From positions 7,696-71,695 of the forward strand of contig JBAWXN010000003.1 of assembly GCA_037144045.1 (NCBI GenBank): a stretch of DNA of 64,000 nt. The letters run 5' to 3'. The translations under genes and the position numbers were made by a program. This document shows positions 46,923 to 56,910 of the stretch, in pieces. The notes under the pieces are model-generated. The model was not told where the DNA came from. It saw only the letters and a program-made list of their open reading frames with translations, and did not search any database. The DNA is from a bacterium (GTDB taxonomy: Bacteria > Patescibacteriota > Minisyncoccia > Phycocordibacterales > UBA1006). Position 1 is the stretch's first letter; each line of letters begins with the position of its first letter.

Positions 46923-47522
46923 ATGAAACAAAAATTAATCGACAACATTATTTCGGTAATATTGGTAATTATTTTCCAGTGTACTCTGTGGTGTGTAACT
47001 CATGCGCAAGGGGTTGGTATTGGAACTGCAAACCCTCAAGCAAAGTTACATGTTGCCGGCACGGTACGTATTGATACTGCGACACGAGTAACAACCACGA
47101 AAGACCTTGCAACACTAGATTCGCTCGGGGTAGTGCACCGTTTTTCTATTGATTCAATTAAAAAACAAACAGCCCAAACGTTCTATTATCAAGAAGTAAA
47201 CCCAATTGCTACAAATACTTCGGTTGCGTATCAAACGCGCGTAAGTCTGAGTCTGCCACCGGGAACTTATTTATTATGTGCCTATGCTGAAATAATGAAC
47301 TCGGTATATGATGCCGGGGTTCGTATGTGGCTCCTTGAAGGTTCTGTTGATTTGGCGTACGCTATTGCGTATTCAAACACGAGTACGTTTGGGTCATGGT
47401 CCGTATTTAGAATGGTGAGTCCGACAGTAACCACAACGTATGGGCTTGGATATTCTTCATGGCCTGGCAATACTACTTCGTCTATTAGGAGAGCTCGTAT
47501 GTATGCTATTAAATTACAGTAA
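46923..47522 (+). CDS. secreted hypothetical protein with tail-fibre-like GxGIGTxNPxAKLHV motif
   Basis: Signal/TM segment IISVILVIIFQCTLWCVTHA, then QGVGIGTANPQAKLHVAGTVRID. Confidence 0.5.
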   Translation: MKQKLIDNIISVILVIIFQCTLWCVTHAQGVGIGTANPQAKLHVAGTVRIDTATRVTTTKDLATLDSLGVVHRFSIDSIKKQTAQTFYYQEVNPIATNTSVAYQTRVSLSLPPGTYLLCAYAEIMNSVYDAGVRMWLLEGSVDLAYAIAYSNTSTFGSWSVFRMVSPTVTTTYGLGYSSWPGNTTSSIRRARMYAIKLQ

Positions 47523-47559
47523 TTTCAACCCTCTTGCGCAAGCAGGGGGGTTCTTGACT

Positions 47560-47701
47560 TTTTAAAGAAATAAGCTACTATACAAGGACTGTACACCAAA
47601 GACAGTGGCGGTCATTAGGCACAAGCTTAAGACTTAATCATGCTACCGAGGTCGAATGCTCGATACTCATGGGTACAATTTTATAAGATAATATTTTTTC
47701 T
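47560..47701 (+). promoter_or_regulatory. possible ribosomal protein L10 (rplJ) autoregulatory leader
   Basis: ~140-nt untranslated, GC-richer, structured segment directly upstream of rplJ. This is the position where L10(L12)4-binding leaders that mimic 23S rRNA occur in many bacteria. Not verified by a covariance model. Confidence 0.3.
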
Positions 47702-48193
47702 ATGGCACTTACCAAACAGAGAAAAGTTGAACTCTTGAATGATTTTGAAATGATCACCAAGAATGCCAACTCTATTGTATTTGTACACACCCGCGGACTT
47801 TCTGTGGCTGATACAAACACATTACGAAATGCATTGCATGCAGCAGGAGCTTCATTCAAAGTGGTGAAAAAAACACTTTTGAAGCGAGCGCTTGTTTCAG
47901 CAGGTATTAGTGGAGACATGCCATCAATGGACGGAGAAATTGCAGTAGCATATTCATCTGACCTTACAGCACCAGCTCGAGAAGTATGGAACTTCCTTAA
48001 GAAATTCGAATCCAAAGTAGAAATGACTGGAGGAGTTTTCGAAGGACGATTCATGGATAAGGCAGAAATTACAGCAATTGCTACAATTCCTCCTACGCCA
48101 GTACTTCGTGGAATGTTCGTTAACGTTATTAATTCTCCAATTCAAGGACTTGTATTGGCACTTAATGCGATCGCAGAAAAAAAGTCTGCATAA
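47702..48193 (+). CDS. rplJ: 50S ribosomal protein L10
   Basis: MALTKQRKVELLNDFEMITKNANSIVFVHTRGLSVADTNTLRNAL is a typical L10 N-terminus. Confidence 0.9.
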   Translation: MALTKQRKVELLNDFEMITKNANSIVFVHTRGLSVADTNTLRNALHAAGASFKVVKKTLLKRALVSAGISGDMPSMDGEIAVAYSSDLTAPAREVWNFLKKFESKVEMTGGVFEGRFMDKAEITAIATIPPTPVLRGMFVNVINSPIQGLVLALNAIAEKKSA

Positions 48194-48220
48194 TTATTTA
48201 ATTATTTAATCTAAAAATAT

Positions 48221-48607
48221 ATGGAAGCAAACAACAATGTTGAAATCCCAGCAAAATTTGCAGCTGTGGTTAAAGCAATCGAAGAAATGTCAGTACTCGA
48301 TTTGAACGAATTGGTAAAATTATTCGAAGTTAAATTCGGAGTTTCTGCAGCCGCAGTAGCCGTTGCAGGTCCTGCAGCCGCCGCAGCTGAAGAAAAATCA
48401 GAATTTACCGTAGTACTTACTTCAGACGGAGGAGCTAAAATCCCTGTTATGAAAGAAGTGAAAGAAGCTCTTGGACTTGGACTTAAAGAAGCGAAAGACC
48501 TTGTAGACAACCTTCCAGCAACTTTGAAAGAAGGAATGAAGAAGGAAGACGCTGAAGCACTCAAGAAGAAACTTGAAGATGCTGGAGCTAAAGTTGAATT
48601 AAAATAA
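48221..48607 (+). CDS. rplL: 50S ribosomal protein L7/L12
   Basis: Ala-rich hinge [17 protein letters not shown] and C-terminal domain [35 protein letters not shown]...[21 protein letters not shown]. Confidence 0.92.
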   Translation: MEANNNVEIPAKFAAVVKAIEEMSVLDLNELVKLFEVKFGVSAAAVAVAGPAAAAAEEKSEFTVVLTSDGGAKIPVMKEVKEALGLGLKEAKDLVDNLPATLKEGMKKEDAEALKKKLEDAGAKVELK

Positions 48608-48680
48608 GCTTTATTTCACCACAAAAAAGGCCCCTTGGGGACTTTTTTTGTTTTCCTAAATTCCTGTATAATGCGCATAT

Positions 48681-49310
48681 ATGAAACAGATAGACATCCT
48701 CGGTAAGCTTTTCGGGTCAGGAACTCGCGTAAAACTCCTTAAATTTTTCTTACTCAACCAGGATACTGGTTTTGCGGTTGCCGATATTGCGGCACGTCTT
48801 CGCGTTAAACCGCCGCTTATTCGTTCAGAAATGAAGGATTTTGTCGCTATTGGATTTGTTAAACCTAAAGTAGTTATTACTACGGTGCAAGGTGCTCGTA
48901 AAACAAGTAAGAAAAAAAGCAATGGATTTATCGCTAATAAGGATTTTGGTCTCACACAACCGCTCCGTGATCTATTAATTGATTCAGGAGGAATGCATAT
49001 TTCAGATATTGGAGCTCGATTTGCTGGAACAGGAAAAATTACTTTATTCGTCGTGAGTGGAATATTTATGCATGATAATGATCGCATGGCTGACCTTATG
49101 ATTGTAGGGGATCGCCTCGACCGTAAAATGATCGAAGGCGAGATAAAAAAACTCGAATCAGAAGTAGGTAAGGAATTGCGCTACGCGTTGTTTGATACTG
49201 AAGAATTCATGTACCGCCTCAAGATGTATGATAAATTACTCCGTGATGTCCTTGATTATCCTCACGAAAAAATCGTAAATAAAATTGACCATCCAGAATT
49301 ACGCAAATAG
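48681..49310 (+). CDS. hypothetical protein with N-terminal winged-helix-like DNA-binding segment
   Basis: 209 aa. N-terminus KLLKFFLLNQDTGFAVADIAARLRV. -10 TATAAT lies 8 nt upstream of the ATG. Confidence 0.4.
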   Translation: MKQIDILGKLFGSGTRVKLLKFFLLNQDTGFAVADIAARLRVKPPLIRSEMKDFVAIGFVKPKVVITTVQGARKTSKKKSNGFIANKDFGLTQPLRDLLIDSGGMHISDIGARFAGTGKITLFVVSGIFMHDNDRMADLMIVGDRLDRKMIEGEIKKLESEVGKELRYALFDTEEFMYRLKMYDKLLRDVLDYPHEKIVNKIDHPELRK

Positions 49311-49383
49311 GGCAGAGCCCTTTTTGGTTACTTGATTTTTATTGGGAATTATGGTGAAATGATTATCAATAAAAACGGATGAT

Positions 49384-49878
49384 ATGCTCTTTTTTCAACC
49401 AAAACCAGTTGTGGCCCATTCAGAATGGAAGCTGTGGCGAACGATTATTCTGGGTCAGCACGCAAATAATCAGGCATTATTTAATGCATTACGTAAATCA
49501 GGGTACGCAAACTACTTGTGGACCGATGATATTATAAGCAAGTTACAAGTAGTACCTGAGCCTCGCACAAAAGAACTATTCTTGGTGAGGCCTCGTGATT
49601 TAGGAATTACGTACGGGTGTGATTATCCTGATTTTCGCACTGAAGCAGTGCGGGCCGGTTTTAAAATGGTGCCGACAGAAACAGTGGGGCAGTTGCGCCT
49701 TGATTACAATGATCAGCCGCTTGATGAGCGCATTCATATGGGTACGGTGACATTTCCTTTTAAAGGAAGACAACGAGCTATTTTTTGTTTAGTTCATACT
49801 AATCAAGGGAAGCAGATTGTAATCCGTGAGCCAGGTGAATACTATCAACCTGATGAAAAGTTTGTATTTTGTAGATAA
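49384..49878 (+). CDS. hypothetical protein
   Basis: 164-aa ORF with no recognisable motif. Confidence 0.45.
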   Translation: MLFFQPKPVVAHSEWKLWRTIILGQHANNQALFNALRKSGYANYLWTDDIISKLQVVPEPRTKELFLVRPRDLGITYGCDYPDFRTEAVRAGFKMVPTETVGQLRLDYNDQPLDERIHMGTVTFPFKGRQRAIFCLVHTNQGKQIVIREPGEYYQPDEKFVFCR

Positions 49879-50021
49879 TTATTGAAACCTTGCAAGAGCA
49901 GGGTTTTTTTATTATGGCAAGTTGCACCTTTTTTTACTTGGGTGGTATAATACTTAAGATACGCATCACCTGTTCGGGGTACTTGCTATCATCTATAAGG
50001 TAAATCATTAATTTTCTATTT

Positions 50022-50708
50022 ATGTTAGCTGTTCAACAAGGACAAGTATTTCTCGGAGTACTTCAATCATTCTGGGTGGGACTCTACAGTTTCCTTCCAA
50101 GTGTGATCCTCGCAATTATTCTCTTCATTATTGGTGTAGTTATTGCCGGATTCATCGGAAAGGCTATTGCTCATGTTATTAATTTGACTAAAGTAAACGG
50201 TCTCCTTGATCGAACTGCTTTAAAAGAAATTGTTAACAAGGCAGGATTTCATTTGAATATTGGTGGACTTATTGGATGGTTGGTACAATGGTTATTAATC
50301 CTTGCTTTCTTGGTAGGGGCATTGAACCTCCTCGGGTTATCAGATGTTAATGTGTTCTTGCAACAAATTGTATTGTTCTACTTGCCACGAGTAATCGTAG
50401 CAGTACTTATTGTTGTTGTAGGTTCAGTATTAGCAGAAGCTGCTTCAAAAGCAGTTACTGGATCAGCAAAAGTTGCAAATGTATCATCAGCAAACCTTGC
50501 TGGATCAATTGCAAAATGGGCTATCTGGATTACTACTATCCTCTTTGGACTTAATCAATTGGGAATTGGAGCTGACCTTATCCAAACTCTTTGGATGGGA
50601 ATTGTAGTTGCACTTGCACTTGCGATTGGGCTTTCATTTGGATTGGGAGGTAAAGACCATGCTTCAAAAGTACTTGATAAAGTATCTGACATGATCTCAC
50701 ACCGATAA
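50022..50708 (+). CDS. hypothetical polytopic membrane protein (TM-helix repeat type)
   Basis: 228 aa, about 5 hydrophobic helices with internally repeated pattern. Confidence 0.5.
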   Translation: MLAVQQGQVFLGVLQSFWVGLYSFLPSVILAIILFIIGVVIAGFIGKAIAHVINLTKVNGLLDRTALKEIVNKAGFHLNIGGLIGWLVQWLLILAFLVGALNLLGLSDVNVFLQQIVLFYLPRVIVAVLIVVVGSVLAEAASKAVTGSAKVANVSSANLAGSIAKWAIWITTILFGLNQLGIGADLIQTLWMGIVVALALAIGLSFGLGGKDHASKVLDKVSDMISHR

Positions 50709-50710
50709 TC

Positions 50711-50738
50711 TTCAAAAACCGCTGCGGCGGTTTTTGTT
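50711..50738 (+). terminator. intrinsic terminator
   Basis: AAAAACCGC-tgcg-GCGGTTTTTGTTTT. Confidence 0.7.
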
Positions 50739-50845
50739 TTATTATGAAAGTGATATAATAACGAGGTAGGAATACAGATATTGACATATATATCATTATA
50801 TGATATAATATAAGTATTATTTAATCTAACTCAATTCACATTTAT

Positions 50846-51550
50846 ATGTTTAATCTTGATAAAGCAAAGAAAAACTTAAAGAACACGGTTATGGCAACGG
50901 TTACAGCTGTCACTATGGCTGCTCCAGCATTTGGTGCGGAAAGTAAGGCTGCACCAATTAAAGACGAAGCAAAAATTGAAGCCACTGCACAAACCCCAGA
51001 AGAGATAGAAGCTGCAAAAATGGAGAAGGCGCGCTTGGAAAAAATAGCAAACCTTGAAGCAAAAGTTGCACAGTTAAACGCACATATGGCAAAAATTCAA
51101 GACCATATGGAAAAAGTTCAAGATGATTTCGACGCTGCTCTTTCACAAGCAATTGCGTTTAATGGAGGTAAGCATCTTTCAAAGCTTGATCTTGGCTCAG
51201 TAGGAGACACTGCAATATCAATGGCTCGACTTCAAGTTGGAAAACATAATTTGATGAATGATAACGCACTGAATGGTCTTTCAGGAGTACTTCTTTCAGG
51301 AGAAGGCCGATTCGGAAAACAGATGAAAGATTTACTTAAGGTTCAAAATGGCCAAATTGGTTCAACAGTTGCAATGAATGGAGAAAAAATGTCTCCTGAT
51401 CTTGCACTCCGTCAAAAGATCGGTGCTGACCCACGGATAATTATTCAAGATGCGCTTGAATTTGCTACAGTTGAACATCAGAAAAACCTAGCACAACAAG
51501 AACTTGATAAACTCATGCAAGACGTTACTGGATTAATTGCTTCGAACTAA
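50846..51550 (+). CDS. secreted coiled-coil hypothetical protein
   Basis: Signal peptide MATVTAVTMAAPAFGAES, followed by heptad-rich EAKIEATAQ...KARLEKIANLEAKVAQLNAHMAKIQDHMEKVQDD. Confidence 0.45.
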   Translation: MFNLDKAKKNLKNTVMATVTAVTMAAPAFGAESKAAPIKDEAKIEATAQTPEEIEAAKMEKARLEKIANLEAKVAQLNAHMAKIQDHMEKVQDDFDAALSQAIAFNGGKHLSKLDLGSVGDTAISMARLQVGKHNLMNDNALNGLSGVLLSGEGRFGKQMKDLLKVQNGQIGSTVAMNGEKMSPDLALRQKIGADPRIIIQDALEFATVEHQKNLAQQELDKLMQDVTGLIASN

Positions 51551-51559
51551 TCGTAAATG

Positions 51560-51595
51560 ATTCAAAAAAACACCCTAAAAAGGGTGTTTTTTTGA
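51560..51595 (+). terminator. intrinsic terminator
   Basis: AAAAAAACACCCT-aaaaa-GGGTGTTTTTTTG. Confidence 0.75.
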
Positions 51596-51655
51596 TGCGA
51601 AACCAGAATTCTTAAAAGTCTCCGTTATCCCCAAGAATAAAGGGGGATTAGGGTG

Positions 51656-51684
51656 TTGACTTTATTTTTCGTTAGTATATACTA
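51656..51684 (+). promoter_or_regulatory. candidate sigma70-type promoter of the 23S-5S rRNA operon
   Basis: TTGACT (-35), 17-nt spacer, then ATACTA/TATATACT (-10) about 380 nt upstream of 23S. Leader contains a long processing-stem partner. Confidence 0.35.
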
Positions 51685-52589
51685 CCCCTCGTCTCACAAA
51701 TTTTCTACCTTCTTGGTCTGATCAAATGTGGGAGACAGATCATTGTCAACTTCATGCGTTGCCCGAAGCATTTATTGAGGTATTTTTTCTCTATGAAAAT
51801 TTAGAAAAAATATTTACGTTATCCCGCTTCGGAGCACGATTGAGAAATAATACAGGCGAATTTTGCACAAGTGCAGAATTCAAGTATTTTTTACCAAGCA
51901 AATAAAAGAACAGTTCTAAAAAAAATTTAGAACAACCCGCCTCATCGGCGGGTGAAAAAGTCTCCGCCGGAAAGGCGGAGCAAAATAAAAAGTCCTTTCT
52001 ATAATGGTTATAGAAAGGCGAACACACAAAGATGTGTTTACTTGTGATTTTTAGATTTCCTAATAGGAGTCTAAGGGCGTAGTAGTGGATGCCTTGGTTC
52101 ATGGAAGCGATGAAGGACGCGACAGCCTGCGATAAGGTTCGGGGAGCTGGCAATAAGCTTTGATCCGGACATTTCCGAATGAGGAAACTCATTGGGGGTT
52201 ATACCCCAATATCTGACAGCTGTCAGATGCTAACCTAGGGAAGTGAAACATCTCAGTACCTAGAGGAATAGAAAACAATAGTTATTTCCTGAGTAGCGGC
52301 GAGCGAAACGGAAGGAGCCCAAACCAAGTTGATCGCGTAGTGTTTGATAGATTTATTTATCGAAACCTACGCGATACATTTGGGGTTATAAGACGAGAAC
52401 GTCATTTAGTTGAGAAGAGTTACAAATTCATGTGTTAGATTAAGTATCTGGGAAGATACGGCATAGAGGGTGATACCCCCTTGATCGAAAACGCTATGAA
52501 CTCTTTTGTTCACGCTCTTGAGTACTTCGAGACACGAATAGCTCGGAGGAATTTGCCGGAACTAACCGGTAAGGCTAAATATTCCATGA

Positions 52590-52635
<46 letters not shown>

Positions 52636-53213
52636 GGAGAGGGGAGTGAAATAGATCTGAAACCCTACGCCTACAAGGAGTCGGAGCGGCAATTTATTGT
52701 CCGTCACGGCGTGCCTATTGAAGAATGAGCCAACGAGTTATAGCATGCGGCAGGCTAAGCGCTTTAAATGCGTGGAGCCACAGCGAAAGCGAGTCTGAAT
52801 AGGGCGAAATTTATGTCGTATGCTATAGACCCGAAGCCAGGTGATCTACCCATGGACAGGTTGAAGTTCCGCGAAAGCGGAATGGAGGACCGAACCAATA
52901 AGCCGTGCAATACTTTTGGATGATCTGTGGGTTGGAGTGAAAAGCTAATCGAACCTGGTAATAGCTGGTTCTCTCCGAAACAGCTTTTGGGCTGGCGTCG
53001 AGCGTTCCCTTTGGGGGTAGAGCACTGGATGGTCTTGACAGGGAGCAATCTCGCAAGACCTACCAAACTCCGAATACCAAAGGCCACAGCTCGGCAGTTA
53101 GACAGTGGGGGCGAAGCTCCACGAGTCAAAACGGAAACAGCCGTAGATCTCAAATTAAGGTCCCTAAATTCATGTTAAGTACACTTAAGGAGGTTAGATT
53201 TCTTCGACAATGA

Positions 53214-53245
<32 letters not shown>

Positions 53246-54038
53246 GAAAGCGTAACAGCTCACTCATCAAGAGATCTAGCGCCGCAAATAATCGGGGTTA
53301 AACATGATACCGAAGTTGAGGATGCATTATTCCCTCGGGAGTAATGCGTGGTAGGAGAGTATTCGCATCTGCGATGAAGCCGAAGGCGTGAGCCACGGTG
53401 GAGCGTTGCGAAGCAAGAATGTTGGCACAAGTAACCACAAGACACGTGAAATCCGTGTCCGCCGAAAAGTCAAGGTTTCCTATTCAATGTCAATCAGAGT
53501 AGGGTTAGTCGGGCCTAAGGTAATGGCGATAGCCGGAACCGATGGACACATGGTTAATATTCCATGACTTCTCATAGGGCGATGGAGAGACGGAGAAAAC
53601 AAGCATATGCGCATTATTGGATTTGCGTTCGTGCATCGAGGTTCGTAGCTTAGGAAAATCCGGGCTACATAAGAACCGTGGTGAGCGAAAATTTTTGGCT
53701 TCGGCCTGAGAAATATATGTGAAGAGTCTTCCGAGAAAATCTTCTAGCTTAACCTATGAGAAACCGTACCGCAAACCGACACAGGTGACTAGCTCGAGTA
53801 GAGTAAGGCGAACGAGTGAGGGATCCTCAAGGAACTCGGCAAAAAAGCGGCCGTAACTTCGGAATAAGGCCTGCCTCTTGCAAAAGAGGCCGCAGCGAAA
53901 GTCTCCCTGGCGACTGTTTATCAAAAACACAGCTCCCTGCTAAATCGTAAGATGATGTATAGGGGGTGACACCTGACCAATGCCAGAAGGTTAAATAATG
54001 GCGGTGCGATTATATCAAGCTGACTGTTATAAGCCCTG

Positions 54039-54081
<43 letters not shown>

Positions 54082-54741
54082 ACCTTGTCGGGTAAGTTCC
54101 GACGCGCACGAATGGTGTAACGACTGGGGAACTGTCTCGAGGATTTGCTCGGTGAAAATACAATACCGGTGAAGATGCCGGTTACCTGCAGTTAGACGAA
54201 AAGACCCCGGAAGCTTTACTATAGCTTTACATTGGGCATATTTTTTTATTGCGTAGCATAGGTGGGAGAGGTTATGTACACGATCTTGGTTGTGTAATAC
54301 TCAACAGTGAAATACCACTCTGTAACGAGATATGTCCTAACTTGGTCGAAAAAACGATCAAAGACAGTGTATGGTGGGTAGTTTGTTTGGGGCGAATCCC
54401 TCCTAAAGAGTAACGGAGGGGCCTACAAAGGTTATCTAGGCGTGAATGGAAACCATGCCGATAGTGTAATGGCACAAGATAGCTTGACTGCAAGTCGTAC
54501 ATGACGAGCAGGTGCGAAAGCAGAGCATAGTGAACCGACTTTAGCCTTTAGACGGCGAAGAAGATCAACGGATAAAAGCTACTCCGGGGATAACAGGCTA
54601 GTTTCGCCCGAGCGTCCACAGCGACGGCGAAGTTCGGCACCTCGATGTCGGCTCATCATATCCTGGGGCTGGAGAAGGTCCCAAGGGTTTGGCTGTTCGC
54701 CAATTAAAATGATACGCGAGCTGGGTTCAGACCGTTAAGTG

Positions 54742-55463
54742 TTTTTCATGATAACTCCTGTTGTCGCGAAGAGCATTTTACAGTCTGAATCCACGAGGAC
54801 ACAACTGTTAAAACCAAAAGGTACACGCCTTTTCAAAACGTGATGTTATAAGTTTTTTCGTTTAATAAAAAGTCTTTAAACTGGTGTATAGAAATATGCC
54901 AAGAATAAAGCAAAAAGATAGAAATTAAATCTATTATTATTTGTGAATTTCATAGAGGAAAATTTCCTCATGTTCTTTAAGACCTCACCGAGGCATTGCG
55001 AGAGTAATCTCAGGGTGACCGAGTATATATGTACGCAAATAACACTTCGGTGTTACTAGGTCAAAATGTCGGGTCTCAGGTCTGCGTACGCACACCTGAA
55101 AACTTAAATTGGTCGTGTGGCCGAGTGGCTAGGCACAGGTCTGCAAAACCTGGTACGAAGGTTCGAATCCTTCTGTGACCTCGAGTAGTAAGCATTATTT
55201 AAATGCTTACCTCTTCTATGAAATTCATAAATATACAATAGGTTTAAAAGTAGTATCAACCAATAATTGCGGCGGTCTCATATGGTGACATATGAAGACA
55301 TGTTCAACTTATATCGGTGAAATCCCACTCGTAACAAACGAAGGACGACCCCGAGGGAATTCCAAGAGTAATCAAGGATGCCCGTAGAGACTAAATGTTG
55401 AAAATCTCATTGAGATTAAGTTATAGTCCATTGCTTACAGTAATGTAAGAAAACAAGCGCAAG
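54742..55463 (+). mobile_element. group I intron (ORF-less) in 23S rRNA at the position homologous to E. coli ~2593, carrying a nested tRNA-like gene
   Basis: rRNA colinearity breaks after ...GCTGGGTTCAGACCGTTAAGTG and resumes at AGACAGGTTGGTCTCCTATCTACTGCAGGCG. Core elements in the 3' third are Q-like AATTGCGGCGG (55265), R-like GTAGAGACTAAATG (55384) and S-like AAGTTATAGTCC (55418), giving P7 GACTA/TAGTC. No ORF longer than 60 aa inside. Boundaries are +/- 5 nt. Confidence 0.7.
55111..55181 (+). tRNA. tRNA-Cys (anticodon GCA) embedded in the 23S group I intron, no encoded CCA
   Basis: Hand-folded cloverleaf: 7-bp acceptor stem GGTCGTG/TGTGACC (3 G-U), U8, A14, G18G19, 3-bp D stem, anticodon stem CAGGT/ACCTG with loop CT-GCA-AA, 4-nt variable loop, T arm GAAGG-TTCGAAT-CCTTC. 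Discriminator U73 is the tRNA-Cys identity element. Confidence 0.7.
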
Positions 55464-55880
55464 ACAGGTTGGTCTCCTATCTACTGCAGGCGTCGATTTT
55501 TGAGAAGATTTGTCCCTAGTACGAGAGGACCGGGATGAACTGACCTCTGGTCTACCAGCTGTACTGCCAAGTGCACCGCTGGGTAGCTATGTCGGGAATG
55601 GATAACCTCTGAAAGCATCTAAGAGGGAAGCCAGCTTCAAGATAAGAAATCATAGGACCGTGAAAGATGATCACGTTGATAGGCTTTAGATGGAAGCACA
55701 GTAATGTGTTGAGTCGAGAAGTACTAATTGTCCATATCCTATTAGGAAATCTGAAAAGCACCATTTGCAAAAATGAATGCTTGGATGAATTTCCGCAAGG
55801 AAATCACCAAATGTTAAACACATTTTTGTGTGAAGTGTATAAAATACTAGCTTGTATTATTTCAAAAAATTAAGTTCTCA

Positions 55881-55990
55881 GTTCTGGTGATTTGGTACGG
55901 TGGTCACACCTCTTCCCATTTCGAACAGAGTCGTTAAGCACCAGTACACCAATGGTACTCCTTCGGGGGAAGAGTAGGTGTCGCCAGAAC
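55881..55990 (+). rRNA. rrf: 5S ribosomal RNA
   Basis: GTTCTGGTGATTTGGTACGGTGGTCACACCTCTTCCCATTTCGAACAGAGTCGTTAAGC...AGTAGGTGTCGCCAGAAC. Helix I closes GTTCTGG/CCAGAAC and is extended by precursor stem AAGTTCTCAG.../...CGAGAACTT. Confidence 0.85.
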
Positions 55991-56069
55991 CGAGAACTTA
56001 ATTTATCCGCCGAAGAGGCGGGTTAATCAATCGAAGCATGAAGTTGACAATGATCTGCCGTAAGGTAGT

Positions 56070-56098
56070 TCAAAAAATACCCGCAAGGGTATTTTTTG
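56070..56098 (+). terminator. intrinsic terminator of the rRNA operon
   Basis: AAAAAATACCCGC-aa-GGGTATTTTTTGTT. Confidence 0.75.
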
Positions 56099-56126
56099 TT
56101 ATGTATTTTTGCTATACTGCAATTAT

Positions 56127-56909
56127 ATGGACTGGTCTACACGTAGAAAAATGGGGTGCTTTTCTTTTGTGGGAATTATTATCGCAATAGTTCTTGCGTA
56201 TTTTGTGTACATCTTTTTTATTAAAACAACTCCTACTTGTTTCGATGGGGTTCAAAACCAGGACGAACGAGGTATCGATTGTGGTGGTATCTGTACATTA
56301 GTGTGTACTGCTGACGCGAAAACAATTGTCCCTATTTGGTCTCGTGTATTTAATACCGCCGGGGATGTTCATAGTGTTGTTGCATATGTAGAAAATCAAA
56401 ATATTACCGCCGGTGTGAAAAAGATTGGATATGAATTTAGAATCTACGACGATCAAAATATCCTCGCAGGGGAACCTATCTCAGGTACTACTTTTATAGG
56501 TCCAAATGATAAAACGGCGATATTTGCATCGCCAATTAAAACAGGAAATAGAATCCCAAAAAATGTATTCTTTAAATTTACCACCGCACCAGAATGGATT
56601 ACTACCTCTGAACGATATAACACGCCACAGCTTAACACAGCAAACGCAGTGTTAACTGATGAAAAAACAGTACCAAAGATTTCAGCTGACGTTATTAATA
56701 ATACCTTGTATGACTATAAAGATATTCAGGTTGTAGTAATTTTGTATGGTGCTGATGGGAATGCGGTAAATGCAAGTCAGACGTATATTGATACTCTTCC
56801 AGAACAAACAACTCAAAAAGTATACTTCACTTGGCCAAAACCTTTCGAGGTTCCTATTACTCGTATCGAAATCATTCCTCGATTAAATCCATTTGTTCAG
56901 AATCAATAA
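56127..56909 (+). CDS. hypothetical membrane-anchored protein
   Basis: N-terminal TM CFSFVGIIIAIVLAYFVYIFFI, then a Cys-rich segment CFDG...CGGICTLVC. Start set at ATG 56127, 8 nt after -10 TATACT. Confidence 0.45.
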   Translation: MDWSTRRKMGCFSFVGIIIAIVLAYFVYIFFIKTTPTCFDGVQNQDERGIDCGGICTLVCTADAKTIVPIWSRVFNTAGDVHSVVAYVENQNITAGVKKIGYEFRIYDDQNILAGEPISGTTFIGPNDKTAIFASPIKTGNRIPKNVFFKFTTAPEWITTSERYNTPQLNTANAVLTDEKTVPKISADVINNTLYDYKDIQVVVILYGADGNAVNASQTYIDTLPEQTTQKVYFTWPKPFEVPITRIEIIPRLNPFVQNQ

Positions 56910-56910
56910 T

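Noticed and set aside
54742-55463. Expected LAGLIDADG/GIY-YIG homing endonuclease gene inside the 23S intron
   Set aside because: No ORF longer than 60 aa on either strand in the insert. The AT-rich 5' part may be a decayed remnant, but no motif is visible.
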